IMG/VR virus record: IMGVR_UViG_2740892229_000018
Coordinates: 1 to 32,643 of that record
Direction: 5' to 3' (one strand)
From: a virus
Lineage: Duplodnaviria; Heunggongvirae; Uroviricota; Caudoviricetes
Length of the DNA: 32,643 bases
How positions within the stretch are numbered: the stretch's first letter is position 1; the number at the start of each line of letters is the position of its first letter. The notes beneath the pieces are model-generated. The model saw only the letters and a list, made by a program, of their open reading frames with translations. It searched no databases and had not been told where the DNA came from. Both the position numbers and the translations under genes were made by a program. Shown here in pieces: positions 19,138 to 27,651 of the stretch.

Positions 19138-20550
19138 TTACCAACCGGAGGATGAGGGAACGTATATTTCTGTTTGTTCGCGGGCCAATGCCGGGCAATG
19201 CATACACATCATCAACGCATCAGCCAGGTTAGGAGATGGAATACCGAGCTTCTGCTTCATTTCGACCTTAGTCATTAGCTCAAGCTTCCCGTTGTTATTG
19301 AATTTGCGCTGAATCTGCGTCAGTTCTGCAAACAGCTTCTCCAGCATCTTCTCGCCTATCACTTCTTTGTCGAAACTCAGCATGTCGTCGGGGTCTGCAT
19401 ACTCACCGTGGACAACCGCCCGATATGTCAGATACAGCCTGTCAGCCAGCGCGTAATAGAATTGCGCTCGCTTATTGCGGAATACATCGCCAATAGTGCG
19501 AACGTTGTCACCCTGTACGACTTCATCAGCCCATGCTCCGGCCTGATACGGCGCATCTTCATCGAATGGCGATTCGCTACCCTTGAACATCGTGGCGGTG
19601 ATTTTCTTGCCGGAGAACGCTTCCGTTGTCTGTCTGCGTAGCCCGGCACCAACACCATCACCATCCCACAGGTAGTGGTCAGCGCCGTCTTCAATCGCCA
19701 GCGAAGTAGCCCAGTCAGCACCATCGTTGATGTCCATCAGCAGACCTTCGGCAATGCGCTTAACTACCGAACCGTGGCGCGATGCGTAACCTTTAGCATC
19801 TGGCCCTGTATCTGACGGGTCATGCGCAGAGACAACAGCGCCTTTCGCTTTCCATCCGAGTTTCTTGTGCGCATCGGTTGCGGCTTCAAGCCATTCACGT
19901 TTGATGATTGCCATATCACTTGCGCTTACTGGCTCACCAAGCCAGATGTGACGATACAATGTCGGATTTCTGCGTTTGCACTCTTCCATCTCCAGACGGA
20001 GAACTTCAGGAAAGTGCGGGTTGTCGGTGTAGTTCACCGTCAGCAGGCAAATATCATCGGGAGGATTTACAACGAATCGCTGATAGGTATCGTCGAGGAT
20101 GTTTTTCGGGTTGAAGCTCACCCATATTTCGGAAAATGGCTTGCGGATGGTTGGTATCAGGATATCCCATGATTCCTTCGTTACCGCTTCCGCTTCCTCC
20201 ACCCAGCAGATATCAATGCCTTCGAGCGATTTAATCTTCGTCGGGTTGTTTTTGATGCCGTAGAACATGAACTCAGCATTCGTTCCGAGATGACGAATCA
20301 TTGAACGCTGAATTTCAAACTCAGCCGAATACCCTTCCCGCTCTATGGTGTCTTCAAGCAACCGGATTACCGAATCGCTGATACTGTTTTGCAGCTCACG
20401 AGCGCAAAGTATGCGCACAGGCTGCCGACGCGCCGCTTCAACAAGCAGCCTCGCAATTGCCCATGACTTACCGCTACCTCGACCGCCTTTGGCAACTTTG
20501 TAGCGATGCGCCTCAATGAACGGTTCAAAGATAGGATTAATCGAGGTCAT
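19138..20550 (-). CDS. terminase large subunit
   Basis: 470 aa with Walker A VAKGGRGSGKSWA near the N-terminus; start overlaps the TerS stop (ATGA). Confidence 0.9.
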   Translation of the reverse strand: MTSINPIFEPFIEAHRYKVAKGGRGSGKSWAIARLLVEAARRQPVRILCARELQNSISDSVIRLLEDTIEREGYSAEFEIQRSMIRHLGTNAEFMFYGIKNNPTKIKSLEGIDICWVEEAEAVTKESWDILIPTIRKPFSEIWVSFNPKNILDDTYQRFVVNPPDDICLLTVNYTDNPHFPEVLRLEMEECKRRNPTLYRHIWLGEPVSASDMAIIKREWLEAATDAHKKLGWKAKGAVVSAHDPSDTGPDAKGYASRHGSVVKRIAEGLLMDINDGADWATSLAIEDGADHYLWDGDGVGAGLRRQTTEAFSGKKITATMFKGSESPFDEDAPYQAGAWADEVVQGDNVRTIGDVFRNKRAQFYYALADRLYLTYRAVVHGEYADPDDMLSFDKEVIGEKMLEKLFAELTQIQRKFNNNGKLELMTKVEMKQKLGIPSPNLADALMMCMHCPALAREQTEIYVPSSSGW

Positions 20551-20987
20551 TTTCCGAATAGAGTGCTCATCGGTGATGTTTCAATCTGAATTGCGCCGCC
20601 GTCTTTGCCTGTTAGCTCGTGATCAACCTTGTCGCGCCATTTATCCTTCTGTCGGTTCTTAAGCCAGAAGATGGCGGCGGTTGTATCAGGCGGGTGATAC
20701 TTCTCAAGCGGAGTTTCGACAATTCTGTTTTCAATAACACGAATATCGATGTCTGGAGCCACAAAGCCCATAGCGCGTTGATAAAGACGGTCACTAACTT
20801 CTGCATCAGCGACGGCCTTACCCTTTTTTATGGACTCCGAAAACTTAGGATAATCAAGCTTCCACTTGTTAATAGTTGACTCACTGACTTCAAAGAAATC
20901 AGCAAGTTCTGCATCGGTGTAGCCCAGCAAGCACAGTTTGCGTGCCTGTTCGGCATACGCCTCTTGATACTTTGTTGGGCGCGCCAT
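20547..20987 (-). CDS. terminase small subunit
   Basis: 146 aa directly upstream of TerL; C-terminus LTGKDGGAIQIETSPMSTLFGK matches my memory of the Sf6 small terminase tail. Confidence 0.78.
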   Translation of the reverse strand: MARPTKYQEAYAEQARKLCLLGYTDAELADFFEVSESTINKWKLDYPKFSESIKKGKAVADAEVSDRLYQRAMGFVAPDIDIRVIENRIVETPLEKYHPPDTTAAIFWLKNRQKDKWRDKVDHELTGKDGGAIQIETSPMSTLFGK

Positions 20988-20989
20988 GT

Positions 20990-21244
20990 TTATGCTCCGG
21001 TAGTGAACAGGTCTAACGCTTCCTTCGATTTACGCACCGCTTCGATTGTGCGGGTCGTGATATCTGAATTAGCGCCGCCTGACTGGAAGTGAATTTTGAA
21101 TAGCTCAAGCTTCAGTTCGTCAGTGCCAATGAATTGAAATGCTTCTTCTGCGGCTGCGTTCTGGTTCATGACCAGTTTGTAAATCTCTAACTGGAATTTC
21201 TGTTCTTCAGTCATGGGAATAATCTCTGCCATTGTTGGCTCCAT
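20990..21244 (-). CDS. hypothetical protein
   Basis: 84-aa ORF upstream of TerS; no recognised motif. Confidence 0.4.
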   Translation of the reverse strand: MEPTMAEIIPMTEEQKFQLEIYKLVMNQNAAAEEAFQFIGTDELKLELFKIHFQSGGANSDITTRTIEAVRKSKEALDLFTTGA

Positions 21245-21335
21245 TTATCCGTTAAAAGGGATATCAGTTAAGTTATCCCGTGTAGGGTATAAGCCATTAT
21301 CAAAGCCACTCTGTAGGGAATGGCTTTTGTAATAA

Positions 21336-21716
21336 CTACTGTTCGCTTAGCTTCTGCTTCAGCAAGTAACCTTCGAGCATCCAGATTTTGTTTACAGCAT
21401 TCTGCCGGGCAATCTTCCGACCAATTTCTGCATCAAAATTTTCCGGACTTGCACAGGCACTCTCTCCGGTGACGGTGAAGCCATTCTTCAGCACCAGTAC
21501 GCAGAAAGTGAGCAACTTCAATGGTGATAAATCACGATCGCCTTCTTCTGGTTTTTCCCTGCCACAATATTCGTTGCTGGAAATGGCACCATTTCGTCCA
21601 TCATAAGCAGTAAAGTAATGCTCGCTTTTAATCACGTCTTCGATGTGCTGCGGGGTGATTCGCGGTGCCGTTTTGCCTTTCTCAACGATTTCTTTTTCGA
21701 TTTGCTGGTCGTTCAT
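21336..21716 (-). CDS. Gp49-like protein (phage N4 gp49 / Sf6 gene 66 family)
   Basis: 126-aa ORF MNDQQIEKEIVEKGKTAP...; family assignment from memory of conserved prophage proteins. Confidence 0.55.
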   Translation of the reverse strand: MNDQQIEKEIVEKGKTAPRITPQHIEDVIKSEHYFTAYDGRNGAISSNEYCGREKPEEGDRDLSPLKLLTFCVLVLKNGFTVTGESACASPENFDAEIGRKIARQNAVNKIWMLEGYLLKQKLSEQ

Positions 21717-21999
21717 AATTATGACCCTGTGGAGTGGTTGCTTGATTAGGATGTCTTTCCATCAGTCCGCCACCACAAAGAATCTTTTTTGCCATAAGGC
21801 AGGAGGTTCATCTTTCAGTGGCTGCCAGTGTTATTTCCCCACTTACTGGCTTGGGTTGTTTCGCGGTACTGCCGTAACTGGTAGTGCACAGATTTAGTTA
21901 AATCTGTTCTCGCCTGAACTATCTTTTACATACCCGGATTGTGGGGATGTAAATCACGGTTTCATTATCAAGCCCACCCGTAGATGGGCTTTGGAATGG

Positions 22000-22518
22000 T
22001 CACTTTGGCAGTCCGGGGATCGATATTTGCGCCTGCTGCTCAAGCCTTTTGATTCTTGCTATGAGTTGCGGTTTTTTGATCCTGCCCCAGCGGTTCAGCA
22101 AGCGTCCTGACATACTGGCAACATCCTTTTCCTTCATGAACTCCAGCATTAACTCGTTGTGCTCTCTTTGGTATGAGTGAGCCATCTCCATCAGCCTGTC
22201 ACGCATCCAATTAAATGCTTTGATAAACGCCTCTTTGATGGCGGCAGCTTTTTTGCCGGTAAACGACATGATGATGTACATCGCACCGTCTTTGGAAATT
22301 TCATATTCAACATACTGATTACCCTTGTGTTCATAGGTAACCCGCGAAAAGTTGCTGGTTAGAAATTCATCCGAACATTCTAGCTTTTCGATTTTCTGAA
22401 TGATGTGGTGATGCTGCTTGTCGAAGTAAGCTGCTACCTTGCGGGAGGTTGTGATCACGCGATCACCAGAAACAACCACCATGTCCCGGAAATCGAGATT
22501 AGCCAATTGATGATTCAT
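22000..22518 (-). CDS. phage regulatory protein, Rha family
   Basis: N-terminal segment MNHQLANLDFRDMVVVSGDRVITTSRKVAAYFDKQHHHIIQKIEKL typical of Rha proteins; ATG 22518 preferred over the track's GTG at 22554. Confidence 0.65.
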   Translation of the reverse strand: MNHQLANLDFRDMVVVSGDRVITTSRKVAAYFDKQHHHIIQKIEKLECSDEFLTSNFSRVTYEHKGNQYVEYEISKDGAMYIIMSFTGKKAAAIKEAFIKAFNWMRDRLMEMAHSYQREHNELMLEFMKEKDVASMSGRLLNRWGRIKKPQLIARIKRLEQQAQISIPGLPK

Positions 22519-22661
22519 AGCGTCTTTACCTTTTAGAAAGTGAGCCTGTCTCACAGAAAAGCCGCCCGAGAGAGGTCGCCACCTATAACGGCATTTCTCA
22601 GGCTCGCTTACTGAAAGGCTCTCGTTAATATGCGCGTGAGATGCGCTGTGAAATTCAGATA

Positions 22662-22689
22662 TAAAAAGCCCCGCGAATGCGAGGCTAAA
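22662..22689 (-). terminator. hairpin with T-run downstream of the lysis cassette
   Basis: Minus-strand agcctcgc-attc-gcggggct (one mismatch) followed by TTTTTAT. Confidence 0.4.
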
Positions 22690-22859
22690 TCCTGGTGTTT
22701 GTGATGACTGGCTCTTATCTCAACGCAGCCCCTTACCGCGCGCCAGATGCTCAATATCAAGCATCAGCAATGAGATGTTTAATCTGGATTCACTCCAGAA
22801 GTGATCACCACCCTGTCTACAGAGCCAGATGTGAAGGATGATGAGTAAAATTATCGCTA

Positions 22860-23327
22860 TCATCGAAGGCATTGCGTCCTGATGTATTCCTGAAGCGTTC
22901 TCAGTGCTGTTTGGTCGCGGATAATTCCGTCCCGGATACCGAGAACGTTTCGTCCAGCAACTGGAGAGAGTTCGACGGTGGCATCATTGCCCATGCCGGA
23001 GGAGCTGGAGGTTTCGGCTGAGGATGGCACAGGGCATTTTCCTTTGACGAGCACCCGACCACCATTATCAAGCTTGCGCCGAAGAGCATCATTTTCAGCT
23101 TTCGCATCAGCTAACTCCTTCGTGTATTTAGCATCGAGTGCATCAGCATCACGCTGGCGCTGTTGCATGTCAGTAATGGTGGCGTTCGCCTTCTCCAGTT
23201 CACTGGCCTTGTTATCGCGCTGTTCTTTGTAGGCGATGGCGTTATCATGGTAATGGTTAACAGCCCATGACAGGCAGACGATGATGCAAATAACCAGAGC
23301 GGAGATAATCGCGGTTACTCTGCTCAT
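22860..23327 (-). CDS. i-spanin Rz
   Basis: N-terminal TM segment [18 protein letters not shown] then coiled coil; start overlaps the endolysin stop (ATGA). Confidence 0.8.
   Translation of the reverse strand: MSRVTAIISALVICIIVCLSWAVNHYHDNAIAYKEQRDNKASELEKANATITDMQQRQRDADALDAKYTKELADAKAENDALRRKLDNGGRVLVKGKCPVPSSAETSSSSGMGNDATVELSPVAGRNVLGIRDGIIRDQTALRTLQEYIRTQCLR
22901..23107 (-). CDS. o-spanin Rz1 (lipoprotein embedded in Rz in another frame)
   Basis: [21 protein letters not shown] has a lipobox, followed by Pro-rich [16 protein letters not shown]; fully inside Rz, as for lambda Rz1. Confidence 0.7.
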   Translation of the reverse strand: MRKLKMMLFGASLIMVVGCSSKENALCHPQPKPPAPPAWAMMPPSNSLQLLDETFSVSGTELSATKQH

Positions 23328-23827
23328 TGCTGCCCCCACAAACAGACTTCACGCTCAATCTCACGACGAGTCATCAGACCTTTCCATTGCTTACCGCCAG
23401 CGTATGTCCAGCGACGTAGCTGATCACATGCGCCTTTGATATCGCCCTGGTTGATTTTGTGCAGAAGCGTCGATGTTCTGAAATTGCCAGCGCCCACGTT
23501 GTAGACGAACGAGTAAAGAGCGCCGCGCGTTGTTTCCGGTATATCGACTTTGATGTACGGGTTAATTTGTCTGGCGACCGTGGCAAGGTCTTTATTCAGG
23601 AGGGCTTTGCATTCTGCTTCGGTATACGTTTTACCGGGAATGATGTCTTTTCCGGTGTGCCCGTAACATACAGTCCATACACCAACTATGTCTTTGTAAG
23701 GATTATGTCTCACACCTTCCAGACCATCGTTACCACTCGGTCCAGTGATTAACACAGATGCTATAGCAATAGCCCCGCCACTTATCGCCGCTATTACGCT
23801 ATTTCGTAGTGCCGGTGACATTGCCAT
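23324..23827 (-). CDS. SAR endolysin (phage lysozyme, P21 R-type)
   Basis: N-terminal Gly/Ala-rich signal-anchor-release segment [20 protein letters not shown] then lysozyme domain; close to P21 R as I recall it. Confidence 0.88.
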   Translation of the reverse strand: MAMSPALRNSVIAAISGGAIAIASVLITGPSGNDGLEGVRHNPYKDIVGVWTVCYGHTGKDIIPGKTYTEAECKALLNKDLATVARQINPYIKVDIPETTRGALYSFVYNVGAGNFRTSTLLHKINQGDIKGACDQLRRWTYAGGKQWKGLMTRREIEREVCLWGQQ

Positions 23828-24002
23828 TCAATCTGTCCTCGCGCTCTTTGCGCTTGTAGTACCAGTTGATGCCAAATGTGCCGACAGTACAAAGAATACC
23901 AATAATGACAGCCCAGTCATTCAGGGAGAGAATGCCACCCATCGCAGTCAGTCCTCCGAAACTGTAACTGAACCATTCTCTGATTTTGTCCATACGGTAC
24001 AT
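23799..24002 (-). CDS. holin, probable pinholin with dual-start motif
   Basis: 67 aa; MYRMDK gives Met1/Met4 dual starts; two TM segments, the first Gly-rich; overlaps the SAR endolysin gene by 29 nt. Confidence 0.7.
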   Translation of the reverse strand: MYRMDKIREWFSYSFGGLTAMGGILSLNDWAVIIGILCTVGTFGINWYYKRKEREDRLNGNVTGTTK

Positions 24003-24121
24003 GCTCTACCCCTTCATTGAGGGGATTTGCTCTATTTAATTAGGAATAAGGTCGATTACTGATAGAACAAATCAAGGCCACTGTGTTTAGTAATCAGATT
24101 TGTTCGTGACCGATATGCACG

Positions 24122-24159
24122 GGCAAAACGGCAGGAGGTTGTTAGCGCAACCTCTTGCC
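24122..24159 (-). terminator. lambda tR'-like terminator downstream of pR'
   Basis: Minus-strand hairpin ggcaagaggtt...aacctcctgcc followed by GTTTTGCC; resembles lambda tR' as I recall it. Confidence 0.5.
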
Positions 24160-24295
24160 ACCCGCTTTCACGAAGCCAGTCATTGAGCTGGTTTTCTTTT
24201 ATGCAAAGCACACCGCACCGTAGCCACAGCGGATAAGGTGATTATTTTGGTCTGTCTGGTATTTGGTTTGATGCGCTTTCAGAAAGGTCGTGCTT

Positions 24296-24330
24296 AAAAC
24301 GCAAAAAGCCCCGAGCTATTAACTCAGGGC
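24296..24330 (-). terminator. rho-independent terminator about 57 nt downstream of the pR' start
   Basis: Minus-strand hairpin gccctgag-ttaatag-ctcggggc followed by TTTTTGCGTTTT. Confidence 0.55.
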
Positions 24331-24366
24331 TTTATTTAACGAGTGCATTTATCCATCGTTGAGTCA

Positions 24367-24395
24367 AATTTACCCAACTTTATTCAAAAAGTCAA
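24367..24395 (-). promoter_or_regulatory. late promoter pR' (lambda-type)
   Basis: Minus-strand TTGACT (24390-24395), 17-bp spacer, TAAATT (24367-24372), just downstream of Q; early transcribed sequence GGGTAAATTTGACTCAACGATGG matches lambda as remembered. Confidence 0.65.
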
Positions 24396-24437
24396 TATTA
24401 TGCCGTTAATATGTTGCCATCCGTGGCAATCATGCTG

Positions 24438-25061
24438 CTAACGTGTGACCGCATTCAAAATGTTGTCTGCGATTGACTCTTCTTTGTGGCATTGCACCAC
24501 CAGAGCGTCATACAGCGGCTTAACAGTGCGTGACCAGGTGGGTTGGGTAAGATTTGGGATTAGCATCGTCACAGCGCGATATGCGGCGCTTGCTGGCATC
24601 CTTGAATAGCCGACACCTTTGCATCTTCCGCATTCTTTCTCAACAACTCTCCCCCACTGCTCTGTTTTTGCTATATCAACCGCACGGCCTGTACCGTGAC
24701 AATCTCTGCATCTTGCGCCCGGCGTCGCGGCACTACGGCAATAATCCGCATAAGCGAATGTTGCGAGCACTTGCAGTACCTTTGCCTTAGTATTTCCTTC
24801 GAGCTTTGCCACACCCCGGTATTTCCCCGATACCTTGTGTGCAAATTGCATCAGATAGTTGATAGCCTTTTGTTTGTCGTTCTGGCTGAGTTCGTGCTTA
24901 CCGCAGAATGCAGCCATACCGAATCCGGCTTGTGATTGCGCCATCCCCATAGCAGCCATCACATCAGTACCGGAAAGAGAGTCAGAAGCCGTAGCCCGTG
25001 GTGAGTCGCTCATCATCGGGCTTTTTGGCGAATGAAATTTAGCTACGCTTTCGAGTCTCAT
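24438..25061 (-). CDS. Q: late-gene antiterminator Q
   Basis: 207 aa MRLESVAKFHSPKSPMMSDSPRATASD...ADNILNAVTR, essentially lambda Q from memory. Confidence 0.9.
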   Translation of the reverse strand: MRLESVAKFHSPKSPMMSDSPRATASDSLSGTDVMAAMGMAQSQAGFGMAAFCGKHELSQNDKQKAINYLMQFAHKVSGKYRGVAKLEGNTKAKVLQVLATFAYADYCRSAATPGARCRDCHGTGRAVDIAKTEQWGRVVEKECGRCKGVGYSRMPASAAYRAVTMLIPNLTQPTWSRTVKPLYDALVVQCHKEESIADNILNAVTR

Positions 25062-25246
25062 CGTCTTCCTCTCTTGCCCTGTTTGACCATCAGGACGCCG
25101 TTAACTATTACGTGACGTTCGCCTTTGCTGTCTCGGTTGTACTTGAGCACCGTTCCTCTTGCGCAGGAAAGCATCCTCGCCACTTCGGTCTGATTGCCTC
25201 GTGTCTGTATAAGAAGCTCTGGTATCGTTTGAATTGTGGCGTTCAT
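25058..25246 (-). CDS. ninH: NinH-like protein
   Basis: 62 aa with GNQTEVARML...RGTV..Y motif similar to lambda NinH; ATGA overlap with the Q start. Confidence 0.7.
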   Translation of the reverse strand: MNATIQTIPELLIQTRGNQTEVARMLSCARGTVLKYNRDSKGERHVIVNGVLMVKQGKRGRR

Positions 25247-25605
25247 ACGTTCTCCAGTTCGGTGATTTTTATTCCAAGCCGTCCGCCTGGTACTTTCACG
25301 CCACGAATTACGCGAATGTCATCGAATTGCTCGTCGTCTTCCGCAAATCCGGCGTGGATAAGGGAGTCGAGTAAACCTTTCAGGATGTTGTCGAGGTCGC
25401 GGCGGCGGGAGTCTGGAACGTCTGCGATGACTTTGATGCGGAGTCGTGATTTGGTGAAAATGTCTAACTTGAGTTGGCGGATGATTTGCTGAACGTCTTT
25501 TCGGTATTTCTGGCCTTTATCGCTTATGTAATATTGGCTTCCCCGTCTTCGCCAGTAGGTATTCACCGACGGCGGGTATGGAAGCACAAACTGATATTCG
25601 TTCAT
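25243..25605 (-). CDS. rusA: Holliday junction resolvase RusA
   Basis: 120 aa with LPYPPSVNTYW and RRRDLDN motifs characteristic of RusA. Confidence 0.88.
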   Translation of the reverse strand: MNEYQFVLPYPPSVNTYWRRRGSQYYISDKGQKYRKDVQQIIRQLKLDIFTKSRLRIKVIADVPDSRRRDLDNILKGLLDSLIHAGFAEDDEQFDDIRVIRGVKVPGGRLGIKITELENV

Positions 25606-25892
25606 GGCTTAATCTTCCCCTCCTTCAGCAGTATCGCCTGCGTCCTGATCACGCCTTCGAGGTGGTAAAGTCTGGCGTCTTTGTTGTCGAGATTATGGGT
25701 GCGTCGGTCGATTTCATCGTGACACGCGCTACAAGCCCATGCGCCGATCAGGTCGTCAGGCTTCATTCCAGTTCCGCAAATTCCAGCCATCCGGTAATGT
25801 GCCAGAACTGTAGTTTCAGGATTGCCATTGCATACGCCGTAAATACGTACCTGGCATTCTCTGCCGCGCGCTTCTTTGCGTAGGTTAGCCAT
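25602..25892 (-). CDS. DUF1364 / YbcO-like putative nuclease
   Basis: 96 aa with Cys-rich motif ECQVRIYGVCNGNPETTVLAHYR; adjacent to rusA as ybcO is in DLP12. Confidence 0.7.
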   Translation of the reverse strand: MANLRKEARGRECQVRIYGVCNGNPETTVLAHYRMAGICGTGMKPDDLIGAWACSACHDEIDRRTHNLDNKDARLYHLEGVIRTQAILLKEGKIKP

Positions 25893-26614
25893 TAAGCAGC
25901 CTCCCCTGTTACTTTCAGCATTCCGTTATCGAGCAGCTTTCTGGTCAGCCACTGTTGACCACGCCCGGTGATTTTTGTGGTGAACGATATCTGTATTCCG
26001 TGATTTGTATTGACCGCTGTTTCTTTCACTGTGAAATAGCCGCGCTCCATATATTCCTGCATTGGCACATTGCGCCGGGAACCTGAAGCAATAAGGATTT
26101 TGTGATCGCGCATCCACGCAAACAGTTTGTTTGGACCAATACCGACAACCTTTGCAAAGTTTCCAATCAAAATTCCGCTGGCCTCGCCAACGCGTTCGGC
26201 AAACTCAACTTTAGGTGCGGCAATTGCGAGCTGGTTTTCTAGTTGCATTTTCTGCTCAGCAAGATCAGCAGCAAGGCGCAACGCTTCTGGTAGCGTTTTG
26301 GGGATATTAACCGCAGCTTCTTCAAGCTCTCGCCAGCGGTCAACAAGGCGAGCGGTGAATTCCGGCGACAACTGGGCTACAACGACAATACTGTCTCGCT
26401 TTCCTTGTTCGCCTTCGAATGCATACACACAAAAACTTTGATTTAAGCCTAACCCATTGATTCTTCCACAATCCTCAATTTGAGGAAGCCGGATAACACC
26501 ATTCTTAGCCAGCGTTTCGATGGTACGTTTCACATTGTCATGACGCTTACCCACCAACTCAGCGATTTCAATGCTTGTCATTTTGATGGCATTGCCATTT
26601 ATTAACTCATTCAT
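25892..26614 (-). CDS. antirepressor-like protein, KilAC domain
   Basis: 240 aa occupying the position of ninG in lambda; N-terminal regulatory domain and C-terminal KilAC-like domain, assigned from memory. Start uncertain (26614 or 26581). Confidence 0.6.
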   Translation of the reverse strand: MNELINGNAIKMTSIEIAELVGKRHDNVKRTIETLAKNGVIRLPQIEDCGRINGLGLNQSFCVYAFEGEQGKRDSIVVVAQLSPEFTARLVDRWRELEEAAVNIPKTLPEALRLAADLAEQKMQLENQLAIAAPKVEFAERVGEASGILIGNFAKVVGIGPNKLFAWMRDHKILIASGSRRNVPMQEYMERGYFTVKETAVNTNHGIQISFTTKITGRGQQWLTRKLLDNGMLKVTGEAA

Positions 26615-26783
26615 CGTCTTCTTCCTCGTACATTGAGCTATTCGGATCGCTCATCAGTTCTGCGCAGCAGTGCTCACACACGTGAACTTCCAGCACATGC
26701 AGCTTTTGACCGCAGTTAGCGCACGTTAAAGCTCGCTCGACGCTTTCTTTCTGGTATTGAAGAGATTGGGATGGACTAAGCAT
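26607..26783 (-). CDS. ninF: NinF
   Basis: 58 aa from internal Met: [43 protein letters not shown]..., lambda NinF from memory; Cys4 zinc-ribbon motif. Confidence 0.8.
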   Translation of the reverse strand: MLSPSQSLQYQKESVERALTCANCGQKLHVLEVHVCEHCCAELMSDPNSSMYEEEDDE

Positions 26784-27183
26784 GGCTTTCACCATTAAAA
26801 AGTCGCTTGTAAGCATCAATGTCTCGTTTTGCTTCACCAAGCTTTCGTCTTAATTCCATGTTTTCTGATTCAAGCTTTTCCATGTCTTGCTGGTATCGAT
26901 CGCGGTGTTCTTTCCATGCTTTTCGATACGCCTTCATGTATGTCGTATTGGCCTTTCTCTTTGCCTGACGAACTGCGTGGTGGTTATTCACAAACCAGTC
27001 AGGGTCGTTAAATGCTGCTCTGGCGCATGTATACCAATAATTTGTTGCCTCCCTGTTTAGCCAATAAATACTGATAAATGGCAACTGTATCGACACCATT
27101 TTTCGTTGAGACTCTTTCTCGCCAAACATGTGCCCTTTTTTGATGCTAAGGCCAAATCCAGGTTGAATTAAAAGCATTGTCAT
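26776..27183 (-). CDS. NinX-like hypothetical protein
   Basis: ORF between ninE and ninF where P22 has ninX; start chosen at 27183 because it forms an ATGA overlap with the ninE stop. Confidence 0.5.
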   Translation of the reverse strand: MTMLLIQPGFGLSIKKGHMFGEKESQRKMVSIQLPFISIYWLNREATNYWYTCARAAFNDPDWFVNNHHAVRQAKRKANTTYMKAYRKAWKEHRDRYQQDMEKLESENMELRRKLGEAKRDIDAYKRLFNGESHA

Positions 27184-27356
27184 TTCCTCGCACGATGTCT
27201 TAGCCACCGGATATCCCACAGGTGAGCCGTGTAGTTGAAGGTTTTTACGTCAGATTCTTTTGGGATTGGCTTGCGTTTATTTCTGGAGCGTTTCGTTGGA
27301 AGGTATTTGCAGTTTTCGCAGATGATGTCGGTGAAACTTCGTCGCTGTCGCCTCAT
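27180..27356 (-). CDS. ninE: NinE
   Basis: 58 aa [58 protein letters not shown], lambda NinE from memory. Confidence 0.85.
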   Translation of the reverse strand: MRRQRRSFTDIICENCKYLPTKRSRNKRKPIPKESDVKTFNYTAHLWDIRWLRHRARK

Positions 27357-27602
27357 GCCGCCCTGTCTCCCCATCTTGCTTTCCACTCCAGAGCCAGTCG
27401 CGCTTCGTCTGACCACTTAACGCCACGTTCTGTACCGAATGCCTGTATAAGCTCTAATATCTCCGCAAATTCGCTTACACGCATCCTGCTGGTTGACTGG
27501 CCTATTACCACAAAGCCATTCCCGGCAAGGTTAGGAACAACGTCCTGCTGCTTTAATGCTGCGGTAAACACACACTTCCAGCTTTCTGCATCCAGCCAGC
27601 GA
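27353..27602 (-). pseudogene. ninB: 3' part of a lambda-type ninB, cut by the scaffold gap
   Basis: Encodes RWLDAESWKCVFTAALKQQDVV...[11 protein letters not shown], the lambda NinB C-terminus; the 5' end is missing at the N-run. Confidence 0.7.
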
Positions 27603-27612
27603 NNNNNNNNNN
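27603..27612. other. assembly/scaffold gap (10 N)
   Basis: Ten consecutive n characters in the sequence. Confidence 1.
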
Positions 27613-27651
27613 ACAGATTATGTCGGTGATACTTCGTCGCTGTCGTCTCAT
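27613..27651 (-). pseudogene. 5' fragment of a second ninE copy, cut by the gap
   Basis: Minus strand reads AGGAGGTACGA ATG AGA CGA CAG CGA CGA AGT ATC ACC GAC ATA ATC TGT (MRRQRRSITDIIC), a diverged copy of the ninE start at 27356; ATGA overlap with the upstream ninB stop. Confidence 0.6.

Noticed and set aside
21972-21990. Hairpin gccca...tgggc just downstream of the Rha stop
   Set aside because: Only a 5-bp stem and no U-tract on the transcribed (minus) strand; not convincing as a terminator.
27222-27629. Plus-strand 135-aa ORF containing XXXX that runs through the N gap
   Set aside because: Antisense to ninE and ninB and dependent on reading through undetermined bases.
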